A DNA stretch of 64,000 nt from Lachnospiraceae bacterium. GTDB taxonomy: Bacteria > Bacillota > Clostridia > Lachnospirales > Lachnospiraceae. The notes beneath the pieces were generated by a model. It made no database searches. It was not told the origin of the DNA and saw only the letters and a list, made by a program, of their open reading frames with translations. Each line of letters starts with the position of its first letter. The first letter of the stretch is position 1. The stretch spans positions 12,436-76,435 of the forward strand of contig JAEEIK010000143.1 in NCBI GenBank assembly GCA_016281335.1. The letters are read 5' to 3'. Shown here in pieces: positions 57,201 through 64,000 of the stretch. A program made the translations under genes and the position numbers.

Positions 57201-60094
57201 TTGGAACAGTACCTGAGTATGAGTTGAGCTTTGACCTGGGCGGAAAAGGGGCGCTGCCGGAAGGCATAGAAAGCAAGTATAGCTTTAAGTACGGTCAGAC
57301 CATAGCTTCACTGTTGTCGGAAGACGAAATAGATAAGCTGGATAAGCTTACTTATACAGATACTTCGGACGGTAAAACATATAAGGCTGTCTGGTATGCA
57401 GGGACCGTTATGGATGATGAAGACAGGCTTGACAGCATTGCAGGATATCCCTTAAATAAAGCGACAGGAAATGTTACGCTGCATGCAGCCTGGGTTTTGG
57501 ATAAACGACTGGATAGTTCCGTGATCAGCATTAAGAGACCCCTTCCCGATACTACCGTAAACAATAATCTGTATAACTATCTGGAAGGCAGTAATGCGGA
57601 TGTAAGCTGGTCGCTTGAAAAACAGGATCCTTACGGATACGCGATATATACCGATGAGAAAATGGATTCAAAGCATCGGGTTGAATATGGCAGTAAGTTA
57701 GAAGCAAATGTCACATATTATGCAAAGATGGATATCGCTGTGAATCCGGCGTCAGGATATCATATAGATCCGGAGCATCTTCCGACCTTCGTTGTGAACG
57801 ATGAGCCGGTGCAGGTATCCGAAACAGCTTATTACAATATCCTTGGTGAAAAGATAAGCATATACTGCTTTGTGTATAAGTTTACCCCTGTAAAGAAAGA
57901 ATACAGCGTCACACTTGATATGAACCGTCCTGACGGGAAGGAAGAATCTTATACCATAAGCGGTATCCCCGGCGGTACTTATATTGAAGGAGCCCTTAAT
58001 ATGGGACTTGCGCTTCTTCTGGAAAAGAAAGACCTTAGCTTCAATGATTATCAAAAACTGAATCAGGAGTATGCAAACAAGGCGAAGTTTTGGAGTGATC
58101 ATCCGTTTGTAAGTGAGGAATGTGGCGGCTTCAGCTCCAGAACCAAAGTGGGGATGAAAGCGTCATACCACGATGCGGATGAATACTATCAGGATAGCAT
58201 TGTATTACGAAATTATACTGTGGATACGGATCTGACACTCTATCTTATGTGGGAGAAAAAGATCGAAAGCATTGTGGTTCAAAAACTTCCCGTACCTAAA
58301 TGCGGATATAAAACACAGATTGTAGCCGATAAGCAGCAGAATACTCCGGCTATCGGAGAGGCAGATGGTTATAAGATATTTGTCGGAAGCGGTTTCAGTA
58401 CAGCTTGCTGCTGGGTAAATTCCACAGATCACACAAAATGGATAAATGACGGCAACGAAACGGAATTCGAGGAAGGAACGGAATATACCCTTAAGCTGAG
58501 CATAAATATTAACGGAAGCGATGCAACCTTTGGCAGCTATATCTGCAAGGATACAAAACTGATATGTTTCGGGAAGGAGTATACCGGCACTGAAGAGGAT
58601 GAGAAACTGGTATTCTATATCCCTGTTAAAGCGGAACACTTATGTGATGATGCCAACGGGCTCAAAGAGGAAGACAGGGTAGAGCCTGACTGCGAGAATG
58701 ACGGATCATATACACTTGTGAGAAAGTTCACCTGTGCCGGATGCGGCCAGCAGGTCGATGACAGGGTCGAGAATATCGTGATCCCCAGGCTTGGTCATAA
58801 ATGGGGAGAATGGGTCAAGACTAAAGTTTCCACCGAGTCCGAAGAAGGAGTGGAGCAGAGAGTCTGCAAAAATGATCCATCCCATGTGGAGACACGGGCT
58901 ATCCCGATAAAGGTTCATGTGCATAAGCTTACCTTTGTTCCCGCAAAGGAGGCTACGGAAACGGAAGACGGAAATATAGCATATTATGTATGCGATGTCT
59001 GTGGAAAGTTCTATTCCGATGCAGCAGGTAAGAATATGATAACAGCAGATAGTGTAGTAATACCTGCAAAGAATAAGACTAATGAAAATCCCGAAGATCC
59101 CGAGGCACCGGAAGCAAACGCGGTTACTCTCAGCGAGAACAAAGTCGAGTTAAAGATCGGCGAAAGCAAGAAACTGCTTGCGATCATTGAACCTGATGAC
59201 GCAAAGGAGACAACGCTTAGCTGGATCAGCAGCAACGATAAAATAGTTACGGTCGATAAGGACGGCAATATAAAAGGCGTTTGGTTTGGAAACGCAAAGG
59301 TGACGGTGACTACGGCTAACGGCAAGAGCGCAGTCTGCGATGTTACGGTACTCAAGGCCTTTGATACAGACAATGAAGAGAATGTAAAGATATCGCCCGA
59401 AGATATGGACAGCTATGTGGTGCCTGAGAAGCAGGAGCATAAGCCGGCCACACCCAAGCCTGTAAGTGCAAAGCTTAAAGACGGGACTGAAGTAAAGGTA
59501 AGCGTATCCGTAAACTATATGAACGCCGTAACTTACACGGGTAAAGCCATAGATCCGGTGAAGGATCTCGGCGTCGAATTCGAACTTCAGGATATACTTG
59601 ATAAGGCAGGGGTTTCCAAAGTAGCGCAAAATGAAATCTTCAAAGTCAGCTACAAGAGCAAGAACAATAAGAAGGCAGGAAAGGATACCGCAAGCTTCTA
59701 TGCAAAGATTTCTCTTGTGAAGAATGCAAAGAAGAAGTTCAAGCTGACCAAGGATCAGGAGAAGAACCTGAAAGCCATCCTTAAAGCAGAGAACAAGGAA
59801 CTTAAGAATAGCAAGATAAGCTACACCATCAACAAAGCGTCAATGCTTGATCTTTCGGAAGTAAAGCTTCATACGAAGATACAGAAGGACGGAAGCCTGA
59901 AGCTTACTGCTAAGGAGACTATTAAGGGCTTTAAGAACATTAAGGTCAAATTTAAGGCAGATGATAAAAAGGCTCAGAAGATCAGCGCAAAGACAGGATA
60001 CAGTTATAAGGTGACTGATGCCGCGAAGTGCAGGGTAAAGATCACGGGTAATACCAACTTTACCGGCAGTATTACGGTAACGGCCGAAAAATGA
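54206..60094 (+). CDS. Large secreted/cell-surface repeat protein (InlB B-repeat-like, Cys/His motifs, Big_2 Ig-like, basic C-terminal domain)
   Basis: Signal peptide MKKRLSRG..PVYA; FDADGG..KEGYVFEGWF repeat; CxxCG motifs; Big_2-like LSWISSNDKIVTVDKDG..G.A.VTVTT; Lys-rich tail. Confidence 0.85.
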   Translation: MKKRLSRGIAFLMMIIMMLSNVNLPVYASGTDTETETEAVLEDDTVAADEEEAAVEETVVDDENVFEEKQGAAAPKVYLSGGIFGDRLVKGVTELNEGETVKNVAGTDDYASYNEGVLVLDSVLLHSNINEMTAYSFGKSGEKHACIYAEGDLTIELDEELLIYLDEKQEALPEYSYGIYVTGNLTIINKYAASGLSIGQKGGISATKESAAIYCGGRLLLQDLAHYDDVDIVLSGGSVSSSEINKKTAVNGYGIYADGGITVEGIDLQIDQSKNVYAKKGLASNHAIYTGSGMSIVNPGKVEIDKVYAESEDTAEAYGISGAGSLSGTITYANEALETNTGAAKKVKSEKSFIENGFTSVMFEKSMGDGRVFHGGEHPLRIGKGETSGFEYSWKDKKDFTNSIVFVAYKVDDFTPEAILDARSKGPDTTVLGFDKNIGQVGPYDMDTGLKISGLDTGKAFLAAYNIKDLNDYLNNDGITGEQLYAKNILTSRVFVEVSEEGVNDEKDPGEVEEVEFWRPGPDVWYDAEDPCQMIKGKTSSEYLYYFPNNSEKEDVIFLAYEVEDFETATIVAAMAEGPTEDFFDFQKTVDPNGPGGECDNLIMTPLKTGKAIVCAFRISSYQAYKEGAINASELAGRNLLISKMYVEVTEGRQFTLHMNGGRFLNKEDIDLFNAIVNDYNYVNVSWQEMVYDRGSESITLVTDPDCSWNTLNYYVTEACERSGWAFRYGQVYRSNEYQLSYLTHDGAISDSDKNSLPTLYLSVPEDIKDIYLAWRPADNKEIYFDADGGSINMPEGMVLMPPSGKYTAPGYSKLILPEAHKEGYVFEGWFVEHAAADSDYEYSIFGGGDFFVENGMHFIARYREIREELTISTAFKPAEMVHAGDSVNDIGNIAWESGAAVTPNDIGMIELQAILTAVDADYTNKIGRVYNAAYNGDYFENDSVYYVLYKVSLSSGYILDPTSSVVKINNSVVPWIGRWEEQGHGLSYIVYAFNPFTLGTVPEYELSFDLGGKGALPEGIESKYSFKYGQTIASLLSEDEIDKLDKLTYTDTSDGKTYKAVWYAGTVMDDEDRLDSIAGYPLNKATGNVTLHAAWVLDKRLDSSVISIKRPLPDTTVNNNLYNYLEGSNADVSWSLEKQDPYGYAIYTDEKMDSKHRVEYGSKLEANVTYYAKMDIAVNPASGYHIDPEHLPTFVVNDEPVQVSETAYYNILGEKISIYCFVYKFTPVKKEYSVTLDMNRPDGKEESYTISGIPGGTYIEGALNMGLALLLEKKDLSFNDYQKLNQEYANKAKFWSDHPFVSEECGGFSSRTKVGMKASYHDADEYYQDSIVLRNYTVDTDLTLYLMWEKKIESIVVQKLPVPKCGYKTQIVADKQQNTPAIGEADGYKIFVGSGFSTACCWVNSTDHTKWINDGNETEFEEGTEYTLKLSININGSDATFGSYICKDTKLICFGKEYTGTEEDEKLVFYIPVKAEHLCDDANGLKEEDRVEPDCENDGSYTLVRKFTCAGCGQQVDDRVENIVIPRLGHKWGEWVKTKVSTESEEGVEQRVCKNDPSHVETRAIPIKVHVHKLTFVPAKEATETEDGNIAYYVCDVCGKFYSDAAGKNMITADSVVIPAKNKTNENPEDPEAPEANAVTLSENKVELKIGESKKLLAIIEPDDAKETTLSWISSNDKIVTVDKDGNIKGVWFGNAKVTVTTANGKSAVCDVTVLKAFDTDNEENVKISPEDMDSYVVPEKQEHKPATPKPVSAKLKDGTEVKVSVSVNYMNAVTYTGKAIDPVKDLGVEFELQDILDKAGVSKVAQNEIFKVSYKSKNNKKAGKDTASFYAKISLVKNAKKKFKLTKDQEKNLKAILKAENKELKNSKISYTINKASMLDLSEVKLHTKIQKDGSLKLTAKETIKGFKNIKVKFKADDKKAQKISAKTGYSYKVTDAAKCRVKITGNTNFTGSITVTAEK

Positions 60095-60109
60095 TCTGAA
60101 GAGGAAGAT

Positions 60110-60544
60110 ATGGATCTGAGTATTCAGGTAAAACAGTTAGGGAAGAAGGGGAGGCATATAATGCCTCTGCTTCTTCATTATAACAAATGTCCGGAAACGG
60201 TGAGAGAGCTGATCGAAGAGACAGTAAAGCTAATGGTATCGGGTTTTGTCGAAAAGCTAAAAGCCGTGAAGGAAGGAAAGCTGCCGGAGAGTCTGTCGGA
60301 AGAAAAGATCACAGCCATGGCAGAAATAGGAAAGATTGCTTTCGGAGATATCTGGAACGAAAAAGAACCGGATGAAGAGAAAGCGATAGCTATTGCTTTG
60401 CAGGCTTATGCTGACGGGATTGTACGTGTGTTTGTGAACGGGCAGGAAGCGGAGTATACGGAGGCAGACGCAAAGCTTGAATTAAAAGACAAAGATGAGA
60501 TCACTTTTGTACGTCTGGCAATGCTGGCGGGAAGGATGTTTTAG
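60110..60544 (+). CDS. Hypothetical protein with a beta-grasp (ThiS/MoaD-like) C-terminal signature
   Basis: Good RBS (gaggaag); C-terminus VRVFVNG..LELKDKDEITFVRLAMLAGRMF. Confidence 0.7.
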   Translation: MDLSIQVKQLGKKGRHIMPLLLHYNKCPETVRELIEETVKLMVSGFVEKLKAVKEGKLPESLSEEKITAMAEIGKIAFGDIWNEKEPDEEKAIAIALQAYADGIVRVFVNGQEAEYTEADAKLELKDKDEITFVRLAMLAGRMF

Positions 60545-60571
60545 GTAGATCAAAATGTAAAGGGGGTATGT

Positions 60572-63500
60572 ATGGACGAGCAGGAACGAAGCAGGGTCAT
60601 TACGGAGATCGACAGGGAATTCAAAGCCGCAGATGAAGCACTGGTAAAGTCGCTGGATCCGGATATCAGGGATTATATTCATTATTGTGATGATTACAAG
60701 AATTATTACAAAGCATATCCTGATCTGGATATGAGCAAGAATCAGTTCCGGACAGGACTGATCAGTCATCTGAAGGACAAGAAAAGTCCGTCCGGATATT
60801 TCCAAAAACATATCAGTAAATTCAAGGATTTTATTTCAAAGGAATTAATTCCGTATTTTTATAAAAGCATAGACAGTATACCGCTGTGGCAGTCTGACTA
60901 TAACAGTTATGCCAGAAGATCCTATCGCAGCAGGAGTAACCTTCTTCGAGGACTTGACAGGATAGGAGAGATACTGCTGGATTACCGGAAAATCAGCAAT
61001 TACAAGCTTGATGCTTACTCGCTGATCACTTATGAAGCCGCGGATGAACGTATGCGCGCTTATCTGGACAGAGAGTACCGCGCCTTTGAGGGAATGTACT
61101 ATATTGCGGCAAAGCTGGATGAAGGCGATGCAAAGCTCGAGGATATACTGGAAGGCATCTTTTACCGTGATGAGGGCAGGATGAGGACGGAATACATCCG
61201 TGCCATCATGATGAGCCATAACGAAAAGATGTATGAGCTGCTGGGTAAGACTTTGATCGCAGCCAGGCTTTCCGAGGGACTCAGACAAGCCATATGTGAG
61301 AATATGGATTACGGAACCGAAGAAGCTTTCCGTTATATGTTAAATATCGTAACAGAGAACGATCTGATCCGCTTCTCTTCCGTAAAGCGCGCATTTTATG
61401 TATTTACCGGCCTGGGTTATGCGGATGTTAAGGATATGGACAGGATCAGCGCTAAGCATCTGGAACTGATACGTCAGGCTCTGTCCGATAAGGCAAAGAC
61501 AGAAGAAATGCTTAAGACTGAGGACAGCATGCAGATCTATCTGGGACTCTGGGCTATAGGACTTTACGATATAGATCCCGCCCTGGAGAGAGCAGAGAAA
61601 CTGTGCAATGAAGGAAGCAGTCATCAGAGACTTACGGCCTGTTTTTTCCTGGCATATACGAATGTACCCTATGCGGATAAAAACGTGCTCGTAAACCGCA
61701 TGCTGAAAGAATACAGGGATGATAAAGAGATACTTGCGCTGCTGATGCATATCTTTATGCGCGGTTACCGCGACAGAATAAGAAAGGCAATATTTGAGGG
61801 GCAGGTCTCACGTTACAGACAAAATGAGGAGTATAAAAAGAGAGGCTTTGTTCCTTGGAATGATTTCTTTACAAGCGAAGAGGAGTGCAGGGAGTATCAT
61901 GAGCTTCTTATGGAACTCTATGAGGAAGTGCCGAAAAAGGGCCTTGAGTTCAATCCCTGCGTTTTCCCCTGGAATACGGAGTCACTAAACCGCTCTGCAA
62001 TAGTAAGCAGGATAGTATACTGCGCCAGTGCCTTAAGGGATAAAAAGCTTATGGCTGATGCTGCCGCAATGCTTAAGGATATATCAGTTGCCGGTTATGG
62101 CAGTGACAGAGAGAACTCCATGGAACTGCTGCTTAGAGAACCGGATACCCCGGAACTGCTGGATGCGCTGACTGAATCAATTGCCGATGCGGAGACCTAT
62201 ACGAGAAATGCCGCCTATCAGCTGTTAAAACAGGAACTGGATTCAGACAGGAGCATGTTAAGTCCGGAGATAGCTGCGCTTGCGGGAAGGCTACCGGAGA
62301 GATGTTATGAGCGGCTGGAAGCGATGCTCCGCCTTAAGAAAGAGGATCTTCGCAATAATGTCATAAGCTTCTTAAAGACCAGAGAAGCCGAAGCAATGTT
62401 TGAGATGCTTAAGCGACTTTTATCCGACAGTAAAGAAGAGAAGGTGACAGCGGCGCTGGATATCATGCTGTATCTTCGGGACAGTAAAGATCCGCTGTTT
62501 GAGCAGGCTAAAGAATTGCTGCCGCTTGTTAAGGATCCGACTTCCAAAGAGAAGGTACTTATCAATGAGATAAGCGGGACTGCAGCAGAGGCAAGGACGG
62601 AAGCAAAAGATTTTTATGACGAAAAAGCGGAATATGAGCCGGTGATCGACGAAGCGTATCTTGCGGAGTGCGCCGAAGCATATATGCAGGTATTTCCGGA
62701 AGCTAAAGTGGGAGACGTACTGCCTCAGGCACCCAAAGGATTGAAGGCTGCTGCCGCCAAAATAAAAAAAGCCGTGGCGGGAAATGCCACGGAAAAGCAG
62801 GATGTGGAGGTGCTTAACAAACTGGACGAGCTCATTGAGGCAAATAAGGATCGGGAATATAACAATTACAACGGACCGGTTCTATTAAGAAACGTGCTTG
62901 GCAACGAGTGGACAGACGGAAAGATAGGAGAACTGGCATTTAAAGAACTGTGGGAGGATTTTTATGAGAAAAATATGACTCCCGAACAGGCGATACGTAT
63001 AGACCTGAGGTATTCTTCTTATTATCTGTATAAGTCTACGATCACGGGACTGGCGGAACATTTTCAGCCTTTTATTTCCAATGTACTTGGGGGAGCTGAT
63101 CCTAAATACCGCGGACTGAAGCTAAGATATCCGGAACATATCCGTAAGATACTGTCTCATTGTGCCGGAAAAGCGTATAAAGCTAAGAGTGAGCTCAGAC
63201 CGAAGATCGCAGCCTGCTTTGCTTATTATGTCTGTAACTGTAAGGACAGTCTGGTATATGAATATAAGGCGGATAAGGAAACACAGGACTGGACCAGAAG
63301 AAATATGGACAAGGATAAGCTGTATTCGAAAGCATTTACCGAGCTGCCTTTTACAAGCAGCCTATTGGTCGGGCTTTCCAAGGATGTGAGAAATTTCCCG
63401 ATCATGTACGAATTCAGTGAGAAAGTATATAAAAAGATCCTGGGCCTGCAGACCGGCGAACCCGCATACTATGCAAGGGATAAGAGGCTTTTCTATACAC

Positions 63501-64000
63501 CGCTGCTGGGAGATTATATCGGAGCTGTAGTGGCAGGATATATTTCAAAAGATTTTATGTATAAAAAGATACTGGATGGGGCGCTGCTGGATGATACCCT
63601 TGATAAGATATCCTCGCTGATCTGCTGTGTGCGTGAGGCAGACCGCAGCATCTCTACGAGACAGCGATACTCAAATACCGCATACAAGCAGCGTTCTGCG
63701 CTTGAGAACTTATTTAAGAAGAAATATGACGAGATCGATTTGAACACGCTCTCTGAGACAGACAGAAAAAAGCTTGAACTTGCGGGGGAATGTTATGAAA
63801 ATATCACACCGCTTGTTCTTGATCGTGAACTGGTACGCGGGGATAGCGAAACAGAGTATTCAAAAGCATTATGTTCAATGAAAAGGATATATGGCCTGAA
63901 GTATTTTGTGAGGATATTGCTGGCACTGGGAAATGATACGCTGGACAGGTCCGTATATTACTATTATTACAGTTACGGAAACAGGGTGATATCAAAAAAA
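60572..64000 (+). CDS. Giant DUF4132/DUF5724-like protein, 3' end outside window (not in the ORF track)
   Basis: ATG 60572 behind aagggggt. Frame checked open at 60.6-61.4, 61.8, 62.3, 62.8, 63.3 and 63.8 kb and to base 64000. Motifs AARLSEGLRQAICE, DLIRFSSVKRA, PCVFPW, ELVRGDSETEYS, recalled from this family. Confidence 0.8.
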   Translation, partial: MDEQERSRVITEIDREFKAADEALVKSLDPDIRDYIHYCDDYKNYYKAYPDLDMSKNQFRTGLISHLKDKKSPSGYFQKHISKFKDFISKELIPYFYKSIDSIPLWQSDYNSYARRSYRSRSNLLRGLDRIGEILLDYRKISNYKLDAYSLITYEAADERMRAYLDREYRAFEGMYYIAAKLDEGDAKLEDILEGIFYRDEGRMRTEYIRAIMMSHNEKMYELLGKTLIAARLSEGLRQAICENMDYGTEEAFRYMLNIVTENDLIRFSSVKRAFYVFTGLGYADVKDMDRISAKHLELIRQALSDKAKTEEMLKTEDSMQIYLGLWAIGLYDIDPALERAEKLCNEGSSHQRLTACFFLAYTNVPYADKNVLVNRMLKEYRDDKEILALLMHIFMRGYRDRIRKAIFEGQVSRYRQNEEYKKRGFVPWNDFFTSEEECREYHELLMELYEEVPKKGLEFNPCVFPWNTESLNRSAIVSRIVYCASALRDKKLMADAAAMLKDISVAGYGSDRENSMELLLREPDTPELLDALTESIADAETYTRNAAYQLLKQELDSDRSMLSPEIAALAGRLPERCYERLEAMLRLKKEDLRNNVISFLKTREAEAMFEMLKRLLSDSKEEKVTAALDIMLYLRDSKDPLFEQAKELLPLVKDPTSKEKVLINEISGTAAEARTEAKDFYDEKAEYEPVIDEAYLAECAEAYMQVFPEAKVGDVLPQAPKGLKAAAAKIKKAVAGNATEKQDVEVLNKLDELIEANKDREYNNYNGPVLLRNVLGNEWTDGKIGELAFKELWEDFYEKNMTPEQAIRIDLRYSSYYLYKSTITGLAEHFQPFISNVLGGADPKYRGLKLRYPEHIRKILSHCAGKAYKAKSELRPKIAACFAYYVCNCKDSLVYEYKADKETQDWTRRNMDKDKLYSKAFTELPFTSSLLVGLSKDVRNFPIMYEFSEKVYKKILGLQTGEPAYYARDKRLFYTPLLGDYIGAVVAGYISKDFMYKKILDGALLDDTLDKISSLICCVREADRSISTRQRYSNTAYKQRSALENLFKKKYDEIDLNTLSETDRKKLELAGECYENITPLVLDRELVRGDSETEYSKALCSMKRIYGLKYFVRILLALGNDTLDRSVYYYYYSYGNRVISKK

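Noticed and set aside
60467-60476. GACGCAAAGC, resembling the c-di-GMP-I riboswitch core
   Set aside because: It is inside a coding region and lacks the P2 GAAA tetraloop stem and the downstream receptor.
60568-60640. Upstream ATG at 60568 suggesting a frameshifted start for the last gene
   Set aside because: That frame closes after about 22 codons; the ATG at 60572 opens the long frame with acceptable RBS spacing.

Overview
Mostly core-genome window from a flagellated Clostridia-class firmicute; gene content and order suggest Lachnospiraceae. In order: housekeeping genes (3' part of alaS, glyA, a lipid kinase, a beta-CASP nuclease, guaB); a tightly coupled glycan operon (SGNH protein, CysE-like acetyltransferase, CapD/PglF dehydratase, DegT aminotransferase, phosphoglycosyl transferase, two GT4); BirA-controlled bioY; a type IV pilus cluster (pilD, pilMN, pilO, four pilin-like genes); topA and an unusually diverged codY; a 25-kb flagellar hook/basal-body/export operon (flgB to the PilZ brake) that lacks cheY and the usual cheBAWCD-fliA tail; a 1962-aa repeat-rich surface protein; a small protein with a ubiquitin/MoaD-like C-terminus; and a giant DUF4132/DUF5724-like ORF that runs off the window and is missing from the supplied ORF track. 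Non-coding highlights: a 131-bp four-way-junction element, two copies of a twin-hairpin REP-like repeat with compensatory changes, two sigma-28-like promoters with identical 9-bp arms before fliK and flgE, and an RBS-sequestering flgE leader. No tRNA, rRNA, CRISPR array or transposase was seen. All family assignments come from recalled motifs, not database searches.
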